The notes under the pieces were generated by a model. The model was not told where the DNA came from, did not search any database, and saw nothing but the letters and a program-made list of their open reading frames with translations. A DNA stretch of 64,000 nucleotides from Flavobacteriaceae bacterium (GTDB taxonomy: Bacteria > Bacteroidota > Bacteroidia > Flavobacteriales > Flavobacteriaceae). The position numbers and the translations under genes are program-made. Of the stretch, positions 11,968-24,223 are shown piece by piece; position 1 is the first letter of the stretch, and the number at the start of each line of letters is the position of its first letter. The stretch spans positions 7,846 to 71,845 of the forward strand of contig JAXHKS010000024.1 of NCBI GenBank assembly GCA_034523115.1. Reading direction: 5' to 3'.

Positions 11968-12780
11968 TTATTTAACACGATTCACCTGCTCATCACCGAT
12001 GAGAAACTGCAGGTTCTTTTTGTCAAAATGTATCAGGGTATTGTCGAATAATCGGCCAATATGGTCATTCTCTATAAGTTCTTCCGGCGAACCCGAAATA
12101 ATACCCTGCTCATTCATTAACCAGATTACATCGGCAATTTGCAGGCCCAATTGAATTTCATGCGTGGAAATCAGGATACATTTATTCAATTCACGGGCAA
12201 GTTTTTTCAGCAAATGGAAGGTCTCTATCTTGTGGTGTATGTCCAAATGGGCCGTGGGTTCATCCAAAATAATGAGTTCTGTGTTTTGTGCCAGTGCCCG
12301 GCAGATCATTACCCTTTGTACCTGGCCATCACTCAGTTCATCTACTTTCTTATCCCATAGTTCCGATAGATTGGTTTGCTGTAGGGCAAGATCAATTTCT
12401 TTCTTGTCTTCCTCCTGCAATTTGCCCAGCCAGTTGGTATAGGGATGCCTGCTCAGGGCTACCAGCTCATAAACGCTTAAGTTGCTGGCTTCAGGTTTTT
12501 CAGTGAGTACTACGCTGATTTTTTGAGCAATTAGCTGCCTGGATATATGCTGCAACAGGGTTTCCTTCAACCAGATCTCACCCGACAGTGGTGGCTGGAC
12601 GCCAATGAGCGTGCGCAAGAGGGTTGACTTGCCAATCCCATTCTTTCCCATAAGACAAACAAGTTCACCGGCCTGCAATTCAAGCTGTAAATCTTTGGCA
12701 ATTATTAGATTCACAGCTTTCTTTTTATAGCCGATCACCAGGTTTTTTGCAGATAATAGGGTCGTTTTGTTTCTTGTCAT
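11968..12780 (-). CDS. btuD: Cobalamin/iron-chelate ABC transporter ATPase
   Basis: GKNGIGKST, LSDGQVQR, ILDEPTAHLD; context with cobalamin riboswitch locus. Confidence 0.85.
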   Translation of the reverse strand: MTRNKTTLLSAKNLVIGYKKKAVNLIIAKDLQLELQAGELVCLMGKNGIGKSTLLRTLIGVQPPLSGEIWLKETLLQHISRQLIAQKISVVLTEKPEASNLSVYELVALSRHPYTNWLGKLQEEDKKEIDLALQQTNLSELWDKKVDELSDGQVQRVMICRALAQNTELIILDEPTAHLDIHHKIETFHLLKKLARELNKCILISTHEIQLGLQIADVIWLMNEQGIISGSPEELIENDHIGRLFDNTLIHFDKKNLQFLIGDEQVNRVK

Positions 12781-12793
12781 ACCTTTAAATATC

Positions 12794-13822
12794 TCAGGAA
12801 AGTTTTCGTTTTTTCATCAGTAGCCAAATCACTACAGGAGCACCGAACAAAGAGGTAATTGCATTGATTGGCAGCACAAAAGCTGAGTTAGGTATTTGGG
12901 CAATGGTGTCGCAGATCAGCATAACAATAGCGCCGATAAGCAGCACGGCAGGGAACAGTACTTTGTGGTTGCTGGTTTGTAAGAGCATTTTTGTAATGTG
13001 CGGTACAGCAAGGCCTACAAAAGCAATTGGACCTGCAAAAGCCGTGATTACCCCTGTAAGCACGCCTGTTATTATAAGTATTTGGTTGCGGGTAGCGGGT
13101 ATGGACAGGCCAAGACTTTTCGCGTAATTTTCTCCGAGCAACAGGGCATTGAGTGATTTGATATTGGGAATGGCCCAAAGAAGGCACAAAAGGTATATCC
13201 CTGACAATACAGGCAGCGCAGACCAGCCCGTATTTCCCAGGCTACCGAAGCTCCAGAATATGTATTGTTGTAAATTTTGGGCGGAACTGAAGTAAGACAG
13301 AATGCTGATAACCGCCGTAGTAAAACTTCCGAACATCAGGCCAATGATAAGCAGTGCCATGGTGTTTTTTATATGACTTGATACGGCCATCACGGTTATA
13401 AGGATAAACATGGCACCAAGAATTCCGGCAATAACAGTGGCAATCTGGTTGTTCCCCAAGGCCAAATATTTTCCTCCCAGAATAGAAGAACCCAAAATAA
13501 GCAGGGCAACACCCAAACTTGCCCCGGAACTGATGCCCAACACATAAGGTCCGGCCATAGGATTTCGAAAAAGGGTCTGCATGAGCAAACCGCAGGCGCT
13601 TAATCCGGATCCTACAAGCACAGCTGTGATCGCCTTAGGCAACCTGTACTGGGTGATAATGTAGGTCCAGGTACTGTTATCTGAAGGAATGCCAATGATG
13701 TTTTTGAGTATTTCCAACGGAGGGATGGAAACAGATCCCAAACTGAGGTTTAGGATTAAAAACACCAGTAAAGTGATGGCAAGCAGCAGAAAATTAAAAT
13801 TAGAAGTCTTGATCGGATTCAA
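12794..13822 (-). CDS. btuC: FecCD/BtuC-family ABC permease
   Basis: RLPKAITA, QTLFRNPMAGPYVLGISSGA, GPIAFVGLAVPH; multi-TM. Confidence 0.88.
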   Translation of the reverse strand: MNPIKTSNFNFLLLAITLLVFLILNLSLGSVSIPPLEILKNIIGIPSDNSTWTYIITQYRLPKAITAVLVGSGLSACGLLMQTLFRNPMAGPYVLGISSGASLGVALLILGSSILGGKYLALGNNQIATVIAGILGAMFILITVMAVSSHIKNTMALLIIGLMFGSFTTAVISILSYFSSAQNLQQYIFWSFGSLGNTGWSALPVLSGIYLLCLLWAIPNIKSLNALLLGENYAKSLGLSIPATRNQILIITGVLTGVITAFAGPIAFVGLAVPHITKMLLQTSNHKVLFPAVLLIGAIVMLICDTIAQIPNSAFVLPINAITSLFGAPVVIWLLMKKRKLS

Positions 13823-13853
13823 TTATTTGATTACAAAATTAACAATCTTTTGT

Positions 13854-15012
13854 TTAATTTCCAGTGGCAATTGGATCCAGAGGTTCTAAAAAGTATGGAT
13901 CATAACCGGGAAGTAATTCCGGATGGGCTATTTTTATAATATCTTTTAACACAATATCCGGCACTATGGGTGCTAATTCGAGAAACAAGATTCCTCCGTT
14001 ATTTCCTTTCTTTTTTGAAAAAGTGAACACCTTTTTTTTTTTGAAAGGGATTAAAACTGGAGTAATGCGAATTACTGTTTCCCATTTCCTCATAATTGGT
14101 AAAGATACCTGATCCTAACCAAAGATCCGCATTTCCGGCTACATCCAGGACAGACTCCAAGCCCATTACCAGGCTACCTGTTCCCGGACTGTCTTTCCAG
14201 AAATAACTAGTGTTGGCATCTTTAAAAAAAGTAGCCATAAAGCTTTCCCCGGCTGGCAAATTCCATTTGTCCTGAAATAGCGCACCTGTGAGTACAGTAG
14301 GACTTTCTTTTGCCTCCAAAGCCAGTTTTTTTGCAGTCAGATAGTTACTTTCAATCTTTTGAAAAAGACTATCCGCTTTCTTTGATTGATCAAAAAGGGC
14401 TCCAAATAATTTTATCCATTCAGCCCTGCCCAAAGGCGTTTCTTCCAGCCAATCACCGTTAAACAGCACATTTACATTTAGCGCTGCCATATTTTTTGAA
14501 GACTGGATCATTTTTATCCATGGTAAAGGCAATTACAGCCTCCGGCTGGAGGTGGATCAGAATTTCCATATTCAGATCCTGAATATTTCCAATTCTGCTA
14601 CTTTGCCCTGAACGATTCTTTCCAGAGTTCTTTCAGATGAAATATAATTGGTTTGAGGAAAACCTACCAGTGTTTGTTCCTGATCAAAAAGTTCGATCAT
14701 GGGAATATGCGTGGTAGAGGTGGCAACCAATCTTGTTAGGGGTATATACATTATGTTTTCACCGGAGATTTCATCTGGAATGGCTGCAATCTTAGGAACC
14801 AAATAATAAATAATTTCTTCTGTTGCACCGGGATACGGATTTTTTATAATTAATTTACTATAACCATCAAGTATTTGTAAATCAAAGCCATTAGCGTGTT
14901 TTATTGCAGTATTTACTTCAATATTACTTTTACCTGTTTGTTCTCCGGCAGAATTATTTTTACACGAAATAAATCCATTTATTATAACAAAAATGCAGAA
15001 AAAGAATTTCAT
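13854..15012 (-). CDS. btuF: ABC substrate-binding lipoprotein (BtuF-like), three fragments
   Basis: Lipobox FISC, RLVATSTTH, DWLEETPLGRAEWIK, PDIVLKDIIKIAHPELL; first gene of the ABC operon. Confidence 0.82.
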
Positions 15013-15097
15013 TTTAAAGGTAATTAACACCTCAATGTTACGAAAATATTATGCTTTAAAATAATAATTAAATTAAATTTTATCGGGATAATTTAAT

Positions 15098-15105
15098 TAC
15101 ATTTG
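15098..15105 (+). promoter_or_regulatory. -7 promoter element (TACATTTG) directly before the riboswitch
   Basis: TAnnTTTG match a few nt before the riboswitch 5' end. Confidence 0.65.
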
Positions 15106-15111
15106 TGTCAA

Positions 15112-15292
15112 ATTTTGGTGCTGGGTTTTAATCATTTTTTAAAACTCAGAAAAAGGGAATCCCGTTTAAATCGGGAGCTGTCTCCGCAACTGTAAGCTCA
15201 GCCATTTATTTGGTGCTTGTTGAAAATCTATGGTCACTCTGTTTTTCAGGGGAAGGCATTCAACAGGACGCAAGCCAGGAAACCTGCCAGAT
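15112..15292 (+). ncRNA. Cobalamin riboswitch
   Basis: Ordered hallmark motifs TTGGT...AAAAGGGAATCCCG-AAATCGGGAGCTG...CCGCAACTGTAA...CACT...GGGAAGG...AAGCCAGGAAACCTGCC; lies 5' of a BtuB-like gene. Confidence 0.93.
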
Positions 15293-15333
15293 TTTTTAAT
15301 CTGTAATATTTTCGGAAGAAAAATATTTAAGCA

Positions 15334-17165
15334 ATGCGAAAAATAATAGCAGCCTTTCTTATTTTATTTTTATTCGGCCAATATGGGATTGCTCAATTTG
15401 ATTCCATCAATGAATTGGAGGAAGTGATGCTTTATGGCAGGTTTTCTGATGCGCTGCAATCAGGGTACACGAATGTGACTTTTTCCGATTCAATTCTGAG
15501 TACCGAGCTTTCGGGTCTGGGTCATTTTTTGCAAAAAGAAACTAACTTGTATTTTAAAGAATATGGGCTGGGGATGGTTTCTACAATTTCTTTAAGGGGA
15601 TCTACCGCCGCTCAGACTGCGGTATTTTGGAATGGAATACCGGTCAATTCTTTATTGAATGGACAAACAGACTTCAATTCAATTGGCATTAACGGTTTTA
15701 GCGCGCTCGAGATCAAAAAAGGAGGGGGCAGCGTAGTTCTTGGTAGCGGGGCTGTGGGAGGCGCAATTAATTTGACAAACCAGATTCAATTTGGCAGGGG
15801 AATCCAATTGAGGGTCACAGGCAATGCAGGCAGCTATGAGACCTATGTGGGGGCGGTGCAGGGAGTATGGAGTGCGGACAATTTCTACGCCAAAATTTCG
15901 GCAACTTATGGACAAAGTGATAATGATTATCCGTATCCTGATACCGATATGAAGAATGAAAATGGACAATTTAAAAACGTCAGTTATCAATATGTGCTTG
16001 GAAAACAAATCAATGCGTCTAACCTGATCTCTTTTTATGGCGCGAACATAAAAAATGACAGGAATTTGTCCGGAACCCTGACTGCACCGCGGTAAATCTG
16101 GTCTGATTACAGCCTATAACAGGCTGGCATTGAAATGGAACAATACGGGGAGCAGTTACTCAAGCACTTTGAGTACCGCTTACCTGTTGGAGAATTATGA
16201 CTATTATCCGGATAAGAGGAAGCCGGAATTTAACGAAAACAAGGGCAGTAATTTTATTTAGGCAACTTATGACCTAAGTTATTTTTTAAGCAATAATACG
16301 CGTTTTAGCCTGGGGATGGATTATAATGCTTCCCGGGCAGAGGGGAATGATCTGCCAACAAGCAAAATGGATAGGGTGGAGGGTTTTCTTATTTTTGGCA
16401 GTAGCTTAAAAAATAAGCTATCCTATAATATCTAGTGCAAGAAAAGGCTTCTCTTCTGAATATTCTATACCGTTTATTTTTGCCGGTGACGTCCTTTATA
16501 AAGTGTCCAAATACCTTGATATTAAGATGAACGCCGGCACAAATTACCGTTTGCCAACATTTAATGACCTGTACTGGCAACCGGGAGGCAATCCTGATCT
16601 GAAACCGGAAGACAGCTTTACTTCGGAAATTGGCCTACTTTTTAAAAAAACAACCTGGAATCTTGAAGCCACAAGCTTTTTGATAAAGAATGAAAATTTA
16701 ATAAAATGGATCCCCGAACAGGGAGATTTTTGGGTACCCCAAAATATTCAGAAAAGTAGAAATTATGGGTTTGAATTGGATTTTGAATACAAGTTAAAAC
16801 TTAATGAACACCACTTTTCGTTTGATAGTCAATATACTTATGTGAAATCAGTTGATATGAATACAGATATGCAATTGATCTATAATCCGGAGCACAAGGC
16901 CAATCAGGTGCTTCGTTATCAGCGTGGTACCTTTGGCCTCGAATACAATCTTGCCTATACAGGCAAAGTGTTCACAACAACCAGCAATACCCAAAGCCTG
17001 GATCCTTATTGGTTGTCTAATATTTATGCAAACTACAATCTTGGCCAGTACAATTTGAATTTTATTTTATCCTTAAACAACCTTTTTGACCAGCCATACC
17101 AGGTCATAGCCTACAGGCCTATGCCCGGTCGTAATATTAATTTAACTATCAATTATCAAATTTAA
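15334..17165 (+). CDS. btuB: TonB-dependent vitamin B12 receptor (indels 16090-16500)
   Basis: Plug SLRGSTAAQTAVFWNGIPVNS, GSGAVGGAINL; barrel YRLPTFNDLYW...GNPDLKPE; C-terminal PMPGRNINLTINYQI; downstream of the riboswitch. Confidence 0.9.
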
Positions 17166-17170
17166 CTAAC

Positions 17171-18229
17171 ATGAAAATTTTACATTATTATTTATTTCAG
17201 TATCCTGCTTTTTTTATTCGGAAGTTGCACAGACGATAATGAAAGCTCTGAAAGTGACGGCGCCTACGAGAATGGATTTTTTATTACCAATGAAGGACCT
17301 TTTAATAATGGCACCGGTACCATAACCCATGTGTCTGAAGATGGTTTGGTAAGCAATGACGTATTTAAAACTGAGAACAATGCTGATTTGGGAAATATCG
17401 TCCAGTCCATGCATTTGGCAGGAGACAAGGCCTATATTGTGGTCAATAATTCTAACAAGGTGGTGGTTGCTGACAGAAACACGATGAAAACTATTACTGA
17501 AATGAAAGGAATTAATGTGGAGTCTCCCAGGTATTTTGTTTCACATAATGGAAAAGGATTTCTGAGTAACTGGGGAGATCCGAATAATCCTTCCGATGAT
17601 TTTATCTCGGTGGTAGATTTGAATTCTGACCAAATTATAATCGACAATTTCGGTGGGAGAGGGGCCTGAAAATATGCTTATTCACAATGGCTTACCTTTA
17701 TGTGAACCTCGAAGGCGGCTACGGATTTAACAATCAGGTGGTTGTGATAGATCTAAAAGAATTAAAGGTTGTTAAGAACATCCCTGTGGGCGATGTTCCT
17801 AATTCAATAAATGAAGATTTGTCAGGGAATATCTGGGTGCTTTGCGGAGGTAAACCGGACTGGACGGGAGTGAAACAGCGGGTAAGACTGATTAAGATAT
17901 CCTCTCGATAATGAGATTCTAAGCAGTTTTGATTTTGAGATGACAGAGCACCCACAACACCTGACCTTATGAATGATGCCATTTTTTACAACCTCAATAA
18001 CCAGGTGTATAAAATGTCAATTAGTGACCAGAGTTTGCCCGAAGTTTCTTTTAAAGGCATTGAAGGTAGTTTTTATTTTATGACCGCTCATGAGGGGGAA
18101 ATATTCGCAACCGATGCAAAGGATTACCAAAGTGAAGGAAACCTCTATATTTATAATGCTGCTGACGGGGCTCTGTTAAGAACGATCACTACAGGTATTA
18201 TACCCGGATGGATTGCTTTTCAGGATTAG
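17171..18229 (+). CDS. btuG: Surface beta-propeller lipoprotein, BtuG/YncE (DUF5074) type, several indels
   Basis: Lipobox FGSC followed by acidic TDDNESSESD; FITNEG, KAYIVVNNSNK, SPRYF, ATDAKDY, TGIIPG; follows btuB. Confidence 0.8.
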
Positions 18230-18233
18230 AAAT

Positions 18234-18270
18234 AAAAAAAAGCTGTTTATTTTACCAAACAGCCGTTTAT
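18234..18270. terminator. Probable terminator between convergent genes
   Basis: GCTGTTT...AAACAGC stem preceded by an A-tract (T-tract on the minus strand). Confidence 0.55.
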
Positions 18271-18293
18271 ATATTTTTTATTGAATATGACCT

Positions 18294-20764
18294 TTAACCA
18301 CCCATCATTTCCATGTCACCATTATCAAAATTACGGTTCATTTCCCTTTTCTTTTTCTGGTTGAAACGGTAGGTGAATGAAAGGCGAAACTGCCTTTGCC
18401 TCCATTGGAACTCACTTTCGGAATAGAAAGTATCTGTAAGAGTCTCCATTTCCCCTTTTTCGGGTGTTGAAAAGGTCACTGATGTTAAAAGTAAGTGAGC
18501 CATTTCCCTGCATTATATCCTTACTAAAGGCCATATCCGTTGAGAACATTCCTTTGTATTCATTTTGCGCATTTTCATTAGGACCCATATACATCATGTT
18601 TGTTTGCCAGTCAATTTCAAAGGGCAGAACAACCTTTGCGCTAAATCGGGTAAACCAACTTAGGGTTTCTGCACCAAAATCTATATTATTATAAAAACCG
18701 CTTATTTTATTGTCAAATAGGTTGAACGATAAATTAAATCTCCAGTTTTTAATTGGGGTATAATTGGCGGCCATTTCAAAGCCAAAACGATCTTCAGTAC
18801 TCAAATTTATTGGAGATCTTTTTAAAATAGGAATACCATCCTGGGTATTGTCGCCAGTAGCTTCAGTAACCATTTGAAAGATGTCTGTTGCGTGATTAAA
18901 ATAAACTGAAGTATTAAAAGTTACTTCCTTCCAGCTTTTGGAATACCCGAGTTCAACAGCATCGGTAATAGAGGGATCTAAATAGGGATTTCCCTGGAAA
19001 ATATTTGTTTCACTGGTTCTTGACGGAAAAGGATTGATCATTCTGGATCTGGGTCTTCTGATCCTGCGGTTATAACCCAAAGTAATATTTTCCCGTTCAC
19101 CAAGTTCATAGGCCAGGTTTATCGTGGGAAAAAAATTTGTATAATTTTTATGTGCTTCTAATTCCGGCCTGTCAACTATTTCGATATCAATATCAGTTGC
19201 CTCCATACGCAAACCAAGCAGACCTGAAAATTTGTTAAACTTCTTTCCGTACTGGGTGTAAAGGGCATGAATTTTCTCATCGTAATTGAAGATATTGGAC
19301 AGATTTTCATCCAGCACGAATTCTGCCGGACTCATTTTCAAAATATTGGGCATAATCTGTTGTCTGGTCAATGATATTGCTCCTGAAACCCGCTTCAAAT
19401 TGTTGGTCATTTTTAAAAGGCAGCACATAATCTCCCTGAAATAAATATTGTTTTTGAGGGTCTTTTGTCATAGGCTTTTTCACCTAGTTTTTCAATATAC
19501 ACAGGGAATTGTTCCTCTTCAGTGATAAAAGTAAAATTATCACGATAATTATCTTCCAACTGGAAGTCAAGATTTAATTTATGTCCCGAAGTATTGAAAT
19601 TATTCAGATAATTTAAAGAATACTGCCAGTTGGAAGATTCATTATCTTCTTCAGATTCTCTCAGATAAAAGTTGGATTTAATAAAATTTTCATCATAGGT
19701 GGTCGTTTTGTTTTCAGCTATCGCCACTGCCATCGGAACCCTGATAGAGAATACTCCCTGTAAGTGAGCTTGTTTCGGTGATATAATATTCCATACCAAA
19801 ATTGATATTGAAATTGCTGGAGACCCTATTAATATCGCGATCTTCAATCAAAAATGGCGCAGTCTGGGAATTGAAAAATTCAGTATAATTATAGGAACTC
19901 CCCGGTGAATCGCCATAACTGTATCCGGTATTGTTGAAAAAGTTAAATTTATCCTTTCTGTAATTAATACTGTATGATCCGCCTGCACTGGTTGGGAAGC
20001 CTGCATTAATGGTCGCATTCCCGTTGAAGCCATCAGCCGATCCTTTTTTTATGATGATGTTGATAATTCCGGCCGTGCCCTCTGCGTCATATCGGGCAGA
20101 AGGGCTGGTCACAACTTCTACTTTTTCGATCATTTCTGCGGTAAACTGCCTCAAAGCCTCATTATTTGACTGACCTACGAGACTGTTTGGTTTGCCATTG
20201 ATCAGAATTTGTACGTTTTCATTACCTCTTAAACTAACCACACCTTCTACATCAACAGTAACTGAAGGTACATTGTTGAGCACATCCGCTGCATTACCAC
20301 CTTTAACAGTCATGTCCTTACCTACAGTATATATTTTTTTATCAAGTTTGATCTCTACGGTACTTTTTTCAGCGATCAACTGTACTTCCTGCAAGGATTC
20401 AGAGTCTTCAGACAGGACGATGGTTCCAAGGTCCGTATCTTTATTAATGGTTTGATCAGATTCGCTGTGTAGTCTTAAAAGAAATAAATTCTACACTAAT
20501 ATGGTATTCTCCTTCAGGTACAAATATTGAAAATTTACCTTTAGCATCTGTAATACCTCCTAAAACACGGTTGCCTTTTAAGGGCTTAATAACAACTGTT
20601 GCGTATTCAAGAGGTTGTTGGGTACTTTTTTCAATGACTTTTCCTTTTATTTCGAAGGTCTTTTGATTTGGATTTTGGTTGGGTCTTGCAGGCATCTCTT
20701 GACCTTTGATATTGAATGTTGCCAGAAAAAATGCCAGAGAAAAAATTGTAATAAGTGTTTTCAT
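18294..20764 (-). CDS. TonB-dependent receptor / outer-membrane beta-barrel family protein, five fragments
   Basis: Signal peptide, CarboxypepD_reg-like N-domain, plug GGNAADVLNNVPSV...SPSARYDAEGTAGIINI, barrel QGNPYLDP, C-terminal FRLSFTYRFN. Confidence 0.9.
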
Positions 20765-20895
20765 AAAAGTATTTAAAGTCTACGAATTTTTAGACATGCA
20801 AAAGTACTTTGGGTTTAATCCTGAATTTGTTAATACTGTGTTAAATATATTTTTTAAAATATCTACAGAATTTAGGAGGATTATAGAAATTATAT

Positions 20896-20903
20896 TATTT
20901 TTG
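20896..20903 (+). promoter_or_regulatory. -7 promoter element (TATTTTTG) for the small membrane protein
   Basis: TAnnTTTG 16 nt upstream of ATG 20920. Confidence 0.55.
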
Positions 20904-20919
20904 ACGAAAATATTTTATT

Positions 20920-21090
20920 ATGGACATGGAATTATCACATTTTTTAGGTTACCTGGCGTTTATGGGGATCTTTACCTTGGGTTTTTGGTTGATGATTTTT
21001 CTGACAGCCTTTGTCATTCCCTATTGGTTAATTGGTAATTTTATGGAAGCACGAAAATTAAAAAAGGAAGCTTCAAAGAAATCGGCTTAA
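20920..21090 (+). CDS. Small 56-aa membrane protein (below the ORF-track cutoff)
   Basis: MDMELSHFLGYLAFMGIFTLGFWLMIFLTAFVIPYWLIGNFMEARKLKKEASKKSA; long hydrophobic segment plus basic tail; own promoter element and terminator. Confidence 0.75.
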   Translation: MDMELSHFLGYLAFMGIFTLGFWLMIFLTAFVIPYWLIGNFMEARKLKKEASKKSA

Positions 21091-21106
21091 TTGGTATAAA
21101 GAATGT

Positions 21107-21135
21107 AAAGGGTTTGGTTTCAAACCCTTTTTTAT
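21107..21135. terminator. Bidirectional intrinsic terminator
   Basis: AAAGGGTTTG-GTTT-CAAACCCTTT perfect stem followed by Ts, between convergent genes. Confidence 0.8.
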
Positions 21136-23566
21136 TTGATTAAATTGTCATCCAGTTCAAAAATATTCTTATTGACTTCGCCTGAACGGTTTTTGCTGTT
21201 TCTCTTCGCTGCTCCGTTAAATCGGTAACTGAAGGATAAAAGCAATTGTGGATCAAAAAAGGCATAGCTGTTGGTTTGAATGCCTGCCTCCATTGATTCA
21301 TAATAAATTTTTCTGGAACTGAAGACATCCTTTGCGGTAAATGTCAGGGAAGCTTTCGACTTGAACAGATCCTTGCTTAGTGCGAGATTCACAAACTGAA
21401 TGGCCTTGAGTTCTGTTAAACCTGTTGTTTTTGGGGACTGATACGTATAATTGATCTGAAACTTCCAGGTTTCAAGAAATTTATAATCGGCAATTGCATT
21501 TCCATATAACACAAAATCTTCGGTATCATAAGCAGCATTGGTCGTATTGATAATCTCAAAGTAATATGGGCTAAGCAAAGCCCTTAACCGCAACGCGTTT
21601 ACCGGGTTGTAAACCAGGTCTATTTCTACGCCGTATTGGTTCATATCGCCGTTATTAACAGGTTTTCTCGCATATATATCATAACCATCCGCAGTTTGAT
21701 TCCCTGTATTTTCAAGTACTGTTAGTATTTGATCTTCATCCATTGAAGCAAAAAGAGCGGTATTCATGGACACTTTGTTTCCGAATTTTTTAAAGTATTC
21801 TGTCACAAAATAATTTGGTGTAGTAAGGTTTTAAATAGGGGTTGCCCATGACAATAAATCGCTCGTCAGTAAAGGAAATAAAGGGGTTTAACTGCGCAAC
21901 CTCCGGCCGGCTGATAGATCGTGAATAATATAATGTAAACAGGCTTTCATCATTAAAAGTATAGCCAATATTCACACTGGGAAAAAAATCGGTGTATCGG
22001 TCTGTGGTTGTATTGTTAAATGTATGATCGGAAATACTGATGTCTGTATATTCTGTTCTCACTCCCAAAGAAAAATTCAAGCTTTTAATCTCTTTCGAAA
22101 AGCTGGCATAAGCGGCATACACTTTTTCGTCATAGGTCAAATTATTTTCAAGGCCTATTACAGGTTGATATTGCAATAAAAGCGGGATCATACTCAAATG
22201 CCCGAAACGTATTTTCATAGTCCCTCAAATTGGCTTTAACTCCGGTTTCAAGCAATCCAAAATTGGTTATTGGCAAAGCATAGTCAATTTGGAACATGCC
22301 TGTGGTATTGCCCTGATCAGTTGTAGTTTTTTGCCTTAACAGATCTTCTGATGGAATAATTACAGTATTGAAAATATCTGTAAGGTTATTAGATTCTGAA
22401 CGATCGTATTTAAGATCAAAAGATAAAAAATGGTCTTTTGTCTCAAAAGATGTGGTATAATTTAAAAGAAGTTCAAAAAAACTGTCATCGGTATTGTCAT
22501 CTGCATTTCGTGTAATGTTTTATCAGTGACAATTCCTGAGTTAAAATCGGAAAGCAGTGAGATCCGAATCGTAATTTTTATTGGAGACACTGTAAAGAAA
22601 AGAAGAAGTAAGCGAGTTCTTTTCATTGATTAGAAACTCACTCCCAATATTAAATAAGAAACTGTTTCTTTGCCTGTTGTCATCGCGGGTTTCAAAAAAA
22701 ACAGGTTCTTCTTTGGGATCTATAAGGGAAAATTGTTCAATCTCACTGTATTTTATCTGATCATGGTGATTAAAGCCTGCAGTGGAAAACACATTTATTT
22801 TATCTCCTGTATAATTGATGAATGCCGAAACTCCATCATCATCAGGTACACCGCCATGAAATTCTAATGTTCCATTATACCCGTCACCTATCCCTTTTTT
22901 TAAAACAATATTTATGATACCGCCTCCCTGTGCATCGTATTTCGCCGATCGGGAGATGATTTCCACTTTGCTGATCGAATTGGCCGGAAGGTTCATTAAA
23001 ATATTCTGATAATTGCTCTGCGAGGCAAAGGGTTTTCCATTCATAAGAACAGTCGCTTCATTTCCCCTGATCATTAGTTTTCCCTGGTCATCTACCATAA
23101 CAGTGGGTGTATTTTCCAGAACAGTAATGGCATTTCCCCCCAGATTTGCGATGTCTTTATCAGCACTGTAAATTTTTTTGTCAAATTTGTATTCCACCAA
23201 ATCACCGGTTGAATTGACTTCGACCTCATTCAGAATTTCGGCATTCTCTTCAATCTCAAACACCCCAAGATCGAGGTCGTCATCAATATTTAATTCATTA
23301 ATAACAAATGGTTTAAATGATAAAAACTGAATCGTTAATTTATAATTTCCATAGGGCATTTCCAGTAAAAAATTACCCAGGTTATCTGTAATGGTACCAC
23401 TGAAATTTGAATCTTTTAAATTTAAAAGTGTGATGGTAGCATAGGGTAAGGGCTGATTTGTTTTTGCATCACGGACTGTGCCATTTATTGTCGCTCTTTG
23501 GCCCTCGTTTTGGCCATAAAAAGCGCAGGAAAGAAAAAGAAATATAATAATTTGAATATACTTCAT
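21132..23566 (-). CDS. Second TonB-dependent receptor / outer-membrane beta-barrel paralog, fragmented
   Basis: MKYIQIIIFLFLSC signal, plug GGNAITVLENTPTV...SAKYDAQGGGIINIVLKK, MGNPYLKP, C-terminal LLSFSYRFN. Confidence 0.88.
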
Positions 23567-23657
23567 TCTGTACAAATCAATCGTTAAAAGTAGAGAAATT
23601 ATTTTAGGCACCTCTTAAGGTTATTTGGTAATTTAAATACTCATGGAAAACCATGAG

Positions 23658-24014
23658 TTATTCTGTTTGCGATTTTAAAATTTCGAGTATATTTTCTTTG
23701 GGTCTGCCAATAGCTGCTTGATTTCCCAACACAACAATAGGTCTCTCAAGCAACACAGGAAAATCTCTGATCCCTTGATATATTTGCTCGTCAGTCAGAT
23801 TTTTATTTTTAAACTTTTCCTTCCAGATTGCCTCATTCTGGCGAACAAGACCCATCGGCTCAATATGGAGCTTTTCTGCCAAAGATTTCAATTCAGATAT
23901 TTCTGGAGGATTATTAAGATAATCTCTTATCTCAAAGGTAAGTTTTGAATCTTCAAGCAGGGCCAGTCCTTCCCGGCTTTTTCTGCAACGGGGGTTGTGG
24001 AATATGGTTAACAT
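23658..24014 (-). CDS. arsC: ArsC-family arsenate reductase (glutaredoxin-type)
   Basis: HNPRCRKSR, LLERPIV, AIGRP. Confidence 0.85.
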   Translation of the reverse strand: MLTIFHNPRCRKSREGLALLEDSKLTFEIRDYLNNPPEISELKSLAEKLHIEPMGLVRQNEAIWKEKFKNKNLTDEQIYQGIRDFPVLLERPIVVLGNQAAIGRPKENILEILKSQTE

Positions 24015-24223
24015 AAGGTTTGTTTTTAGTCGGACAAATATAAATGATTAATTTAAAATTTTCTATACTCCCAGAAGGTACAAGAGACCTTTCCCATCAC
24101 TTTGCGCATTCTGGCTTTCATTTAGGGAGAGATTCGGTTATTAAAGTAGTGAATAAGAACATGAGCCAATAAAGTTAAATAGCAAAATACCAGTATCTTT
24201 GCCTGTAATTTAAATTTTTTAAT

